In this document: piece after piece, positions 37,905 to 48,500 of the stretch
How positions within the stretch are numbered: position 1 is the stretch's first letter
Layout of the letters: each line of letters starts with the position of its first letter
Source: Bacteroidota bacterium
GTDB taxonomy: Bacteria; Bacteroidota; Bacteroidia; 2-12-FULL-35-15
Assembly: GCA_040388745.1 (NCBI GenBank)
Contig: JAZKBF010000028.1
Span: 55,418-119,417, forward strand
DNA length: 64,000 bases
Reading direction: 5' to 3'
Notes under the pieces: model-generated
The model's database searches: none
The model's input: only the letters and a program-made list of their open reading frames with translations
Told to the model about the DNA's origin: nothing
Made by a program: the position numbers and the translations under genes

Positions 37905-39971
37905 TTATCTCGGGTACTCCACTCTCAAATGGTATACATTCATTAACTTTTTCTTGAATATTTTTTTCAAGGTGTAAATGTCTTTAAACGTAATATCAGA
38001 ATTCATAAATTGATTTTGTTCAATTTGTGTATTGATTATAAGATCCACTATACTGTCGATACTGTCAACATCATATTTTTTTAAACTTCGTGATGCCGCT
38101 TCTACAGAGTCTGCCATCATTAACACAGCTGTTTCCTTCGAAAAAGGAATAGGTCCTGGATATCGAAATTTTTCAATATCAATTTTTTCATCCGGAAAAG
38201 CATTTTGAAAAGAACGATAGAAATAAGCGGTTATAGTAGTTCCATGATGAGTGCGAATAAAGTCAATAATTTGTTCAGGTAAATTATTCCTTTTCGCAAT
38301 TTCAATTCCTTTAATAACGTGTCCGATAATGATTGCAGCACTTTCATCATAATTTAGATCTTCGTGTGGATTAATACCACTCGCCTGGTTTTCTATAAAA
38401 TACATTGGCATTTCCATTTTCCCAATATCATGATACAACGCTCCGGTACGCACCAATAAAGCATTCCCGCCAATAGAATAAATAGCTTCTTCTGCAAGAT
38501 TTGCAACTTGTAATGAATGTTGAAATGTGCCTGGTGCACGTGATGCAAGCTCTCTCAATAGTTTTCCATTGGTGTCGGATAACTCCAATAGTGAAACATC
38601 AGAAATAAATCCGAATATTTTTTCAAAAACAAAGATCAATGGATAAGAAAATAAGGTGAGCATCGCACTGATACCAAACCATGCGAAATCATGCCAGGTC
38701 ATAACATCAATGCCGCCTTCCTGAATAATAGTGATGCCTATAAATGCAAGACTATAGGTTAAAAATATCAGAGCAGCCGAAATAAAGATCTGTGATCGGT
38801 TGTGCATATTCACGATGCTGAATATTGCCATCATGCCTGTAACTAATTGTATAAATGCGAATTCAAAGCGGCTCGGTGCCATAAACGAAATAATAAGAAC
38901 TGTTATTAGATGCACAAACAGGGCAATGCGTGTATCATAGAAGGCACGGATAATGATCGGTAAAATGCAAAAAGGCAAAAGATAAATACTAAACGATTGT
39001 GTATTTATCGACAGGCGGGTCATCAATACTTGAAGAATAATGAGAAGTAAAATGAAAATGATCTTTGTATTGTCTAAAAAAATATCATTGCGAAAAAATG
39101 CCAGAAATACTATTAATAATGCTAAACATAGGGTAACGATCAATATTTGTCCTAGTAAAATAAAAAAATAACTGACCGTTCCTCCGGCTTGTTCTTCATA
39201 TTCCCATTTTAATGATTGAAGTAATTGAAATTTTTTCGCATCAATAATGTCTCCCTTCGAAACAATACTTTGATCCTTTAAAATAATATCACGTGATGGG
39301 GAAATATCATCAATAGCCTGTTTTAGAACCTTGTCGGATGTTTCTTTGTCGTAAAAAAGAGAATGCGCAATGCTGTTTTCCAGTAATGGTAAAATAAATT
39401 TCGCATCTACTTTGCTTTCATTTTCGCGAAGCTGTTCATGCACATATTCATAAGCTGAAGTAATGGTATGAAAATCTTTAAGATCGTGTTCTTCGGCAAC
39501 ATTATAATTCAATACATATATCGAATAATCGCTAGGTTTATTCTCAATAATATCCGTGGGTTCAATAATTCCTTTGCTGTAAATAGAATCAAGTATTTTT
39601 ACTGCAAGAGCAAGGTTTTTTTCTTTTGATTTTTTGTTTTTTTTGTCATCCCATTTGGCTGCAAATTCTGTTGTTAATAGCAATTTTCTGGCATCTACAA
39701 TCGAATTGTCATATTTAAAATAGGGCTTCGCACTTTTAATTATCTCCGCTTTTTCAATTTCCAATTCATCCGTTGATTTTTTAATTGCGAAATCAAATGG
39801 GGCGATCAGATCTTCGTGATACCAAGGTTTACCTTTTAGATTTTGAAACTCATATTGAAATTTTCCTTGTTTCGGAAATATATATACAATTGCAGCAATA
39901 CCAATAACGATAAGCATGCATTTGTATATTATCGGGTGTCCGTGACGAATAAATGAGATAATCTTTTTCAA
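37905..39971 (-). CDS. 7TM receptor with intracellular HD hydrolase domain (HDIG protein)
   Basis: An N-terminal extracellular region is followed by seven TM helices (aa ~260-450). The C-terminal HD domain carries ..LYHDIGK.. and ..IIGHV... Confidence 0.75.
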   Translation of the reverse strand: MKKIISFIRHGHPIIYKCMLIVIGIAAIVYIFPKQGKFQYEFQNLKGKPWYHEDLIAPFDFAIKKSTDELEIEKAEIIKSAKPYFKYDNSIVDARKLLLTTEFAAKWDDKKNKKSKEKNLALAVKILDSIYSKGIIEPTDIIENKPSDYSIYVLNYNVAEEHDLKDFHTITSAYEYVHEQLRENESKVDAKFILPLLENSIAHSLFYDKETSDKVLKQAIDDISPSRDIILKDQSIVSKGDIIDAKKFQLLQSLKWEYEEQAGGTVSYFFILLGQILIVTLCLALLIVFLAFFRNDIFLDNTKIIFILLLIILQVLMTRLSINTQSFSIYLLPFCILPIIIRAFYDTRIALFVHLITVLIISFMAPSRFEFAFIQLVTGMMAIFSIVNMHNRSQIFISAALIFLTYSLAFIGITIIQEGGIDVMTWHDFAWFGISAMLTLFSYPLIFVFEKIFGFISDVSLLELSDTNGKLLRELASRAPGTFQHSLQVANLAEEAIYSIGGNALLVRTGALYHDIGKMEMPMYFIENQASGINPHEDLNYDESAAIIIGHVIKGIEIAKRNNLPEQIIDFIRTHHGTTITAYFYRSFQNAFPDEKIDIEKFRYPGPIPFSKETAVLMMADSVEAASRSLKKYDVDSIDSIVDLIINTQIEQNQFMNSDITFKDIYTLKKIFKKKLMNVYHLRVEYPR

Positions 39972-40192
39972 TGCGGGAATTATTAATGATTACGAAGTTA
40001 ATTATTTTTATCGTTCTTATGTAATGCTCGAACTATTTCAACATATTTTATTCACAATATCTAATTTCTTAAGGATTTTTTTTTTAACATTTTCGAAATT
40101 AAAGTTCATAAATATTATTATTAAATCCCTTTATATAGTTAAATTTGAACTCGATTTATACCAGTAATAAATAACATTTTAAATAAAAAATA

Positions 40193-41371
40193 ATGAAAGA
40201 AGTTTATATCGTATCGGCTGTTCGTACGCCATTAGGAAGTTTTGGTGGGTCATTGGCAGGTATACCGGCAACAAAATTGGGTGCCATAGCAATTAAAGGT
40301 GCAGTTTCTAAAGCAGGTCTTGATGGGAAAGAAGTTCAGGAAGTATATATGGGTAGCGTAATACAGGCTAATTTGGGACAGGCACCTGCTCGTCAGGCTT
40401 CTAAATATGCAGGTTTGCCCGATAGCGTACAATGTACCACTATCAATAAAGTATGTGCTTCAGGAATGAAATCTGTTATGGTTGGAGCTCAAAGTATTAT
40501 GTGTGGTGATGCTGATGTTGTAGTGGCCGGTGGAATGGAAAATATGAGTCAGGTACCTTTTTATTCTGAAAACATGCGTTGGGGGAATAAATATGGTAAT
40601 GTGGTTATGATTGATGGATTGGCGAAAGATGGGTTAGTAGATTGTTACCATAATTATCCAATGGGTAATGCTGCTGATCTTTGTGCAAAAGAATATAATA
40701 TAACCCGCGAACAGCAGGATGCTTTTGCAATTCAATCCTATTCACGATCAAAAGCTGCATGGGCTGCGGGTAAATTCAATGACGAAATCGTTCCCGTTGA
40801 AATACCTCAACGTAAAGGAGATCCAATCATTTTCAAAGAAGACGAAGAATATAAAAATGTGAAGTTTGATAAGATCCCGGAATTAAAACCTGCATTTACC
40901 AAAGATGGTACTGCTACTGCTGCCAATTCTTCTACAATGAACGATGGTGCAGCTGCACTTGTTTTAATGAGTAAGGAAAAAGCAGAGGAGTTGGGACTAA
41001 AGCCTATCGCTATTCTTCGTGGATATGCCGATGCAGAGCAAGCTCCGGAGTGGTTTACCACAGCTACTTCTTTGGCTGTTATTAAAGCCGTTGCGAAAGC
41101 CGGCTTAGAAATGAACGACATCAATTATTTTGAATTGAACGAAGCTTTTTCAGTTGTTGGATTAGTGAATATGCAAATCATGAAATTGGATCCTGAAAAA
41201 GTAAACGTTAATGGTGGTGCTGTTTCATTAGGCCATCCATTAGGCTGTTCCGGTGCACGTATCATTGTTACATTAATTAATGTGTTGAAACAAAACAAAG
41301 CGAAATACGGTGCTGCCGGAATCTGCAATGGTGGTGGTGGTGCAAGTGCTGTTGTTATTGAATTGGTTTAG
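40193..41371 (+). CDS. acetyl-CoA C-acetyltransferase (thiolase II)
   Basis: VYIVSAVRTPLGSFGG, NKVCASGMK (active-site Cys), and the C-terminal GHPLGCSGAR / CNGGGGA. Confidence 0.9.
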   Translation: MKEVYIVSAVRTPLGSFGGSLAGIPATKLGAIAIKGAVSKAGLDGKEVQEVYMGSVIQANLGQAPARQASKYAGLPDSVQCTTINKVCASGMKSVMVGAQSIMCGDADVVVAGGMENMSQVPFYSENMRWGNKYGNVVMIDGLAKDGLVDCYHNYPMGNAADLCAKEYNITREQQDAFAIQSYSRSKAAWAAGKFNDEIVPVEIPQRKGDPIIFKEDEEYKNVKFDKIPELKPAFTKDGTATAANSSTMNDGAAALVLMSKEKAEELGLKPIAILRGYADAEQAPEWFTTATSLAVIKAVAKAGLEMNDINYFELNEAFSVVGLVNMQIMKLDPEKVNVNGGAVSLGHPLGCSGARIIVTLINVLKQNKAKYGAAGICNGGGGASAVVIELV

Positions 41372-41457
41372 TTTTAATAGACACAAGATAAAAGGATCAA
41401 GCCAGAAGAAAAAAGAACCAAGAATATAGAACCAAGAGCCAAGAAATATGTATAGTC

Positions 41458-42276
41458 TTGAATCTTGATTCTTTAATCTTGAATCCCAAAAGAATGTACG
41501 GAATATGTAATTTAAGCATTGTGCCTTGTAGAAAGGAGCCTTCCGACAGAAGTGAAATGGTTACTCAGCTTTTGTTTGGTGAGCATTTTCATGTTTTAGA
41601 AACTCAGGAAAAATGGTGCCGTATTAAAATTACGTATGATAATTACGAATGCTGGATCGATAAAAAACAATTTTTACCGATCGAGCAACATACCTACGAC
41701 CTTCTTAATTCAACCGAAAATTATTATAGTAATGACTTGGTACAGATCATTATGGATAATAAAACCTCTACTCTTTTTCCGATTGTAATTGCCAGCACAC
41801 TCCCCAATTTTTATAATAACGAATGTATTATAGAAAACCAAAGTTATAACTATGAAGGTTCTAATGTCAGTTCGCATTTGCAGGCAGACAGCTGGCGGAT
41901 GGGTGTTTTGGAAACAGCCCTTATGTATTTGAATACACCATATTTGTGGGGTGGTAAAACTCCTTTCGGAATAGATTGTTCCGGCTTTACCCAAATGGTA
42001 TATAAGCTCAATGGAATAAAATTAAAGCGTGATGCCTACCAACAGGCTGAACAAGGCGAAACATTGAGTTTTGTTGAAGAAGCCGAGCCCGGTGATTTAG
42101 CTTTTTTTGATAATGAAGAAGGAAAAATAGTTCATGTAGGCATTGTGATGGATGATAATAAGATCATTCATGCATCTGGTAAGGTGCGCATTGATGGCTT
42201 TGATCATCAAGGTGTTTTTAATAATGATAAAAAAGAATATTCCCACCGTTTACGTTTGTTGAAGAGGATTGTGTGA
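41458..42276 (+). CDS. NlpC/P60 (C40) peptidase with N-terminal SH3b-like domain; true start possibly ATG 41494
   Basis: GIDCSGFTQMVYKLNG (catalytic Cys), a His-containing C-terminal region, and an SH3b-like GICNLSIVPCRKEPSDRSEMVTQLLFGE near the N-terminus. Confidence 0.75.
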   Translation: MNLDSLILNPKRMYGICNLSIVPCRKEPSDRSEMVTQLLFGEHFHVLETQEKWCRIKITYDNYECWIDKKQFLPIEQHTYDLLNSTENYYSNDLVQIIMDNKTSTLFPIVIASTLPNFYNNECIIENQSYNYEGSNVSSHLQADSWRMGVLETALMYLNTPYLWGGKTPFGIDCSGFTQMVYKLNGIKLKRDAYQQAEQGETLSFVEEAEPGDLAFFDNEEGKIVHVGIVMDDNKIIHASGKVRIDGFDHQGVFNNDKKEYSHRLRLLKRIV

Positions 42277-42334
42277 TCCACACAATTTTCTTGTTTAGGT
42301 GCAATCTTTTAGTTGAAAAAAAATTTGAATAATT

Positions 42335-43003
42335 CTAATCAATTTTTATTGTAATAGATTCTCCTAAAAAATGAGGCTCTTTGTGCAGGATATACAAATC
42401 CAAAACTGCTTTGAATTTTGCAATATATTCTCGAAACCGTGTCTTAGTTGAAAACCGGTTTGGAACATCTTTCGCATTAAAACCAACAGCATTCATCTTA
42501 TAATAATTTGCGATGAACACTGCTCTCTGGTTATGAAAGGCTTGTGAAATAACTGTTACATTTTTTTGTTTGAAAATTTTAAGGCAACGTACCATCGAAT
42601 CCAAAGTTCTGAAACCTGCATAATCCAGCGTTATACAGCTGTCCGGAATACCTTTTGAAATAAGGGCATCACGCATATCAGTTGCTTCGTCATATTCTTT
42701 TTTATGATTATCACCGCTTACAATAATGTGTTTTATTTTTCCCGCTTTATATAGCTCTGCAGCAGCTTCAATACGATATTTGAAAAATAAATTTTCATGC
42801 CCGTTACGCAATAATTTGCTGGCACCCAATAATATTGCAACATCATTGTTTGGAATTTTATCCACTTCTGAAAATAATTGCTGACGTGTACTTTTAATGA
42901 TCCAGTAATTACTTGAGAGGATTGAAATACCCAATATTAGCAACAAGAATAAAGCACTGATAATTATCTTTTTGAAGGAAATACGTTTAAGTTTTTGAAA
43001 CAT
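42335..43003 (-). CDS. SanA/YdcF-like DUF218 protein
   Basis: An N-terminal TM anchor is followed by DUF218-like DVAILLGAS...IIVSGDNH. Confidence 0.6.
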   Translation of the reverse strand: MFQKLKRISFKKIIISALFLLLILGISILSSNYWIIKSTRQQLFSEVDKIPNNDVAILLGASKLLRNGHENLFFKYRIEAAAELYKAGKIKHIIVSGDNHKKEYDEATDMRDALISKGIPDSCITLDYAGFRTLDSMVRCLKIFKQKNVTVISQAFHNQRAVFIANYYKMNAVGFNAKDVPNRFSTKTRFREYIAKFKAVLDLYILHKEPHFLGESITIKID

Positions 43004-43069
43004 ATAAAGGTTGGAAATCTAATGAGACTATTGCTTTTCAGATAAGTGATTTTAAAAATGTTATGTTTG

Positions 43070-43945
43070 TTAATTCAAAAACAATTCAACCAAAACAAAC
43101 ACAGCAAACACAACACTTGCAATACCATTGGTAGTAAAAAAAGCAATATTTACTTTACTTAGATCATTGGGTTTAACAAGCGTATGCTGATAGATAAGCA
43201 ACCCAATAAAAACAATTGTCCCCATCCAATACCATGTATTAAAATGCGCGTAAAAACCTGCATAAATAATGAATGAAGCACTCACAATGTGAAATGCAGT
43301 TGATAGCATCAATGCACCTTTTTTGCCTAACCAAACAGGTATAGACTTTAAGTTTTTTGATTTGTCAAACTCTTCATCCTGCAAGGCATAAATAATATCA
43401 AAACCACTCACCCAAAATAATACAGCGAAAGAAAAAAATAAAGGCAGCCAATCAAATTCCCCTGTAACAGCAAGGTATGCACCAATAGGAGCCAACGATA
43501 AACCTATTCCTAAGATCACATGACACAATGCTGTGAATCGTTTGGTAAGGCTGTAACCCAATACCACTGCCAAAGCTACTGGTGATAAATAAAAACAGAT
43601 AGAATTTATAAAATAAGTAGTGAATATAAAGAGTAAGCAGTTAGCAATAACAAATAACAATGCTGATTGTGCTTTTACTGCACCTGCAGGGATTTCACGA
43701 ATAGCAGTTCGTATATTTTGTTCATCAATTTTTCTGTCGATATACCTGTTGAAAGCCATGGCAGCGCTGCGTGCAAATACCATGCATAAAATTATTAATA
43801 AAAATAACTTAATATCAAATGTTTTTTCAGTGAAATGAATTGCCAGAAAATATCCAATTATCGCAAAAGGCAAAGCAAATATCGTATGACTGAATTTAAT
43901 CAAGGACAAATAATTGCTGACCGTTTTAGTTGATGTTAGTGTCAT
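43070..43945 (-). CDS. UbiA-family prenyltransferase
   Basis: Nine TM helices and the NRYIDRKID (NxxxDxxxD) prenyl diphosphate-binding motif. Confidence 0.75.
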   Translation of the reverse strand: MTLTSTKTVSNYLSLIKFSHTIFALPFAIIGYFLAIHFTEKTFDIKLFLLIILCMVFARSAAMAFNRYIDRKIDEQNIRTAIREIPAGAVKAQSALLFVIANCLLFIFTTYFINSICFYLSPVALAVVLGYSLTKRFTALCHVILGIGLSLAPIGAYLAVTGEFDWLPLFFSFAVLFWVSGFDIIYALQDEEFDKSKNLKSIPVWLGKKGALMLSTAFHIVSASFIIYAGFYAHFNTWYWMGTIVFIGLLIYQHTLVKPNDLSKVNIAFFTTNGIASVVFAVFVLVELFLN

Positions 43946-43947
43946 TA

Positions 43948-44220
43948 TTAGTGTCTGAAATAATTAATAATAATAACCGCCAGGATAAGTAAAACAGGAG
44001 AGGAGCTTAACAGCAAACCAATAATTCCCGGAGTGAATTTTTTTGTGTTAATTTCTTTTTGAGTATCAATAAAAATATAGATACAAGAACAGATCATACC
44101 AATAAACCCGATGGGTAACGCAAATATTGGTGCTCCTGTTATCGGGGAGATACAAAGCAAAGCAGTAATAATGCCGATTGCAATGGCTACCTTTCCTAAA
44201 ATGTTTAATTTTTTTTCCAT
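43948..44220 (-). CDS. small integral membrane protein, translationally adjacent to the UbiA gene
   Basis: 90 aa with three hydrophobic helices. The stop lies 2 nt before the UbiA start. Confidence 0.4.
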   Translation of the reverse strand: MEKKLNILGKVAIAIGIITALLCISPITGAPIFALPIGFIGMICSCIYIFIDTQKEINTKKFTPGIIGLLLSSSPVLLILAVIIINYFRH

Positions 44221-44374
44221 AGAATTTTCAACTTTACAAAATTACCAATTTTTTTGGCTCTTATTTTGTAGTATTAAAATAATTGCAGAAGAATTGTTTC
44301 ATGTATAACTTAATGGCATTGAGTTACCTTTCTTTAATTTATCTTACTTTTGATGTCATAAATTTCAGATAAAA

Positions 44375-45004
44375 ATGAAAATTTTTTTAACAATCATATA
44401 TTCTTTTTTTTCATTGATCACCTTTGCTCAGGCTGATTCAATTGCCTATTCGCGTGATTATGAGTTTACTGAAGGTGTTTTTTTAACCATAGATCAATTC
44501 AAAAATAACGATCCGATACCCAAGTCATCAATTATTTCAGGTATTCCAAAAAGTCAGCTTGATTTTTTGAAGCAGGCAATTGAGCAAAAAAATATTTTTT
44601 ATACCGATTTAAAAGGTGTTGAGCAAAAGGTTGAAACAGCAAGTGTATGGGGCTATTGTCAAAACAGGTCCGTTTATATTAATTTTAATAAACAATTTAA
44701 TAAACTGAATGTGATCGGAACTTTATGCCACTTCACTGCAATGGTAGCCATTTCCGTTGGTTTTCATGATCCAATGGGCTATGGTTTGAATAATATGGTT
44801 GATGAATTAAGGCAGTATGTTTTTGATACTCAAACCAACAAAATCTTTGATTTTAATGCAAAGAACATGGAGATATTGCTAAAACGCGATACTGATCTAT
44901 ACGATCAATTTATGGCTCTGAAAAAGCGCGAAAAGCCTGATGCCATATTTGTTTATCTCCGTAAATTCAACGAAAAGCACCCGCTTTATATGTTTAAGAA
45001 ATGA
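44375..45004 (+). CDS. hypothetical secreted protein
   Basis: It has a signal peptide (IFLTIIYSFFSLITFAQA). No motifs. Confidence 0.45.
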   Translation: MKIFLTIIYSFFSLITFAQADSIAYSRDYEFTEGVFLTIDQFKNNDPIPKSSIISGIPKSQLDFLKQAIEQKNIFYTDLKGVEQKVETASVWGYCQNRSVYINFNKQFNKLNVIGTLCHFTAMVAISVGFHDPMGYGLNNMVDELRQYVFDTQTNKIFDFNAKNMEILLKRDTDLYDQFMALKKREKPDAIFVYLRKFNEKHPLYMFKK

Positions 45005-45547
45005 TTTAATGTTCGATATTACATAATTGAGCATGAAAACAGCAAAATTTTTTAATAATTTAGAATTTACCACCTATTTATTTACAAAAAAAACATTCCC
45101 TCTACCAGTTTTTTTTAAATTATTGCTAATAATCGTGATTTTTTAACTAGATATCGAAATAGTCGCCTGCTTTTTATAGATTTTTGATTCGTTAGGAATT
45201 TTGGAGTTAAATTAAAATCTTTTCGATGTAAAGTTCTTATTATCAGTTATTTGTATTGATGAATTGCTCTTTTTCCCTTCCTGTTAATTTTTCGACAAAC
45301 TCCTATTTTATCTATTTTAACGGAAGAAAAAGCACCCTGAAATATTCTTGAAATTAAAATTGTTGATAAAATTGTTAACAAATAATAAACATTTAAGTGT
45401 TTGATTTTCATGTATTTGAGTTTGATTTGCCCTGTTTTTTCATAAAAAAGCAATGTGTGTGTATAACTTTATTTCCGACTTTTTCGTATATTTCAGAAAT
45501 AAATCCGGGGATTTAATATTAGTTATAGGAAATTTTGTAATTGTAAT

Positions 45548-48500
45548 ATGGGAAATATTTATTCTTCCATGATTAATATTAAAAAAGTCATTGCAACATT
45601 AAAAATGATGCTTATAGCATCGCTTTTAGTTGTATCTGATGGTTTTAATAATTTTTCGTTTGCGCAGAGTCCTCAAATCTATACATCATCTAATACATTT
45701 ACTGTTCCTGCTTGTGTTTCTTCCATAACTATTGAAGTTGTTGGTGGAGGCGGTTCAGGTGGAGGTAATGGAGGCGGTGGTGGCGGTGGAGGAGGATATT
45801 CCAGTGGAACTTTTGCGGTTACTGCAGGTGCTAATCTGGCTGTAACAGTTGGAGGGGCGGGCACTACAACCAGTGTAGCTGCACTTATTTCAGCTACAGG
45901 CGGAGTTAATGGCGGAAGTGTTTCCAATCCCACAATTGGTGGTGGTGGTGCAGGTGGCGTAGGTTCAGGAGGCTCGGTCAATCGTACAGGAGGAACAGGC
46001 GGGGGAGGATATTATACGTATTTCGGAGGTGGTGGTGCAGGGGCTGCAGGTTCAGCCGGAGGAGGTAGTAATGGTGGTGATGTTATTGCATGGACAGGTA
46101 GTAATTGTTTGCAGCCAGGTGGTTCTGCCGGAGCCGGTGGCGGTGCACCGGGTGGAAACGGTGGTAAAGGTGCAGGTTTTACTGAAGGTACTTGTACTAC
46201 AAGCAATCCGGCTGCTGTTGGTGTGAACTATGGCGGTGGCGGTGGCGGTGGAAATGGTAATGGAGGTGCTGCTCAAGCTGGTGCCGGAGGTTATTGTAAA
46301 ATTTCATGGACTGCAAATCCTGCAATTGCAACTAATACGATAAGTGCGGCTCAAACTATTTGTTCTGGAGTTGTTCCGGCTGCATTGGCAGGATCTACTC
46401 CAACAGGAGGTAGTGGAGCTTATACTTATTTATGGGAATCTTCAACAACAAGTGCAGGAGCTGGTTTTGCCGCTGCATCAGGTACTAACACCAATATTGG
46501 CTATATTCCTCCTGCTTTAACGGCAACCACATGGTATAGAAGAACTGTGTATTCTGGCGGATGTACCGATGTTTCTGCAGCCATTGAAAAAACTGTTAAT
46601 CCAATACCTACAGTAACTACCGCAGCAACTGCTTCTACATGTAGTGGAACCGGCCCAAATATTGCTTTAACAGCAAGTGTGGCAAGTACTTTTACCTGGA
46701 CCATAGGAACAAATCCCGGTGCTATTACCGGAGCAAGTGCCAGTTCGGGATCTCCCATTAATCAAACACTTACTAATCCAAGTAATTCATCATCAAATGC
46801 CATACAATATCTTGTTACTCCTACTTCAACAGGAGGTTCATGTGTTGGTTCAGCTTATACAATAACTGTAACAGTAAACCCCAAACCCGCAATTTCTAAT
46901 GCTTCAACTAAGACGATATGTACTTCCACAGGTACAGCGATCACATTGGCTGCCAACGGTGTAAGTAGCACCTATGCCTGGACGTTGGGAGCAATAACAG
47001 GTGGTATCACGGGAGCAAGCGCCACGAGTGGATCTACTATTAGCCAAACGCTCGTCAATCCAAGTAATACAACTGACGGTACGGTGCCATACCTTGTTAC
47101 TCCCACTTCAACAACAGGTTCATGTGTGGGTGTTGCTTATACAATAACGGTAACTGTTACTCACGCTCCTACAATGACCAATGTATCCACATCTACGATA
47201 TGTAGTGGAACAGCATCCGGGATAACATTAACTGCAAATGAAGCAAGTACTTTTGCCTGGACAATAGGAACCAACGCAGGTGGCATCACAGGTGCCAGTG
47301 CCGGCTCTGGTTCCAATATGAGTCAAACGCTTACCAATCCAAGCAATTCAGCTGTCAATACCATACAATATATTGTTACACCTACTTCAACAGCAGGTGC
47401 TTTATGTTCTGGGCCTTCTTATACTATGACTGTAACGGTTAATCCTAAGCCGGCTGTAAACAATGCTGCAACTGGTTCAACTTGTAGTGGAACAGGTCCG
47501 AATTTTGCATTAACAGCCACTGCTGCCAGTACTTTCACTTGGACAGTTGGGACAATAACAGGTGCGATAACCGGAGCCAGTAATAGTTCGGGAACCCCTA
47601 TTAATCAAACGCTTACAAATCCAAGTAATGCAACAGATGGTACCGTACAATATCTCATAACCCCCACTTCAACAACGGGTACATGTGTAGGGGCTGTTTT
47701 CTCATTGGTTGAAACAGTTAACCCAACACCGGCAGTTACTAGTGCAGCCACAAAAACGATATGTACAGCCACTGGTACAGCCATAACATTAGCCGCAAGT
47801 GCACCAAGTAATTTTGCCTGGACATTAGGCGCGATAACAGGTGGAATTACCGGGGCAAGCGCCACTAATGGAGCTGCTATTAGTCAAACGCTCACTAATC
47901 CAAGTAATACCGGGGATGGAACCGTGCCATATCTTGTTACCCCAACTTCTACAACCGGTTCCTGTGTTGGTAATGCTTCAACAATAACTGTAACAGTAAC
48001 TCATGCACCAACAATAACCAATGCTGCAGCAGCTTCAATATGTAGCGGAACCGCAACAGGCATTACTTTAACTGCAAATGAAGCAAGTACATTTGCATGG
48101 ACCATAGGGTCAAATCCTGGCGGCATTACTGGTGCAAGTGCCGGCTCAGGCTCTAATATGAGCCAAACGCTTACTAATCCAAGCAATGCAACAGCAAACA
48201 CCATACAATATATTGTTACCCCTACTTCAACTGCAGGCGCTTTATGTGCTGGTCCCGCTTTTACTATAACGGTAACAGTGAATCCAAAACCGGTAGTTAC
48301 AACTGCAGCAACTGATCCTACTTGTAATGGAACCGGACCGAATATCTCATTAACAGCGACTGCGCCAAGTTCTTTTGCCTGGACGATTGGAACGATAACT
48401 GGTGCCATTACTGGAGCCAGTAACAGTTCAGGCGCTACTATTAATCAAACACTTACTAATCCAAGCACAACAACGGCAGGTACGGTGCAGTATCTGGTTA

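Noticed and set aside
46029-46226. Plus-strand 65-aa ORF in frame 0 within the Gly-rich region, and the 69-aa ORF at 52728-52937
   Set aside because: They are out of frame with the continuous frame-2 giant ORF and have a composition-driven, low-complexity sequence.
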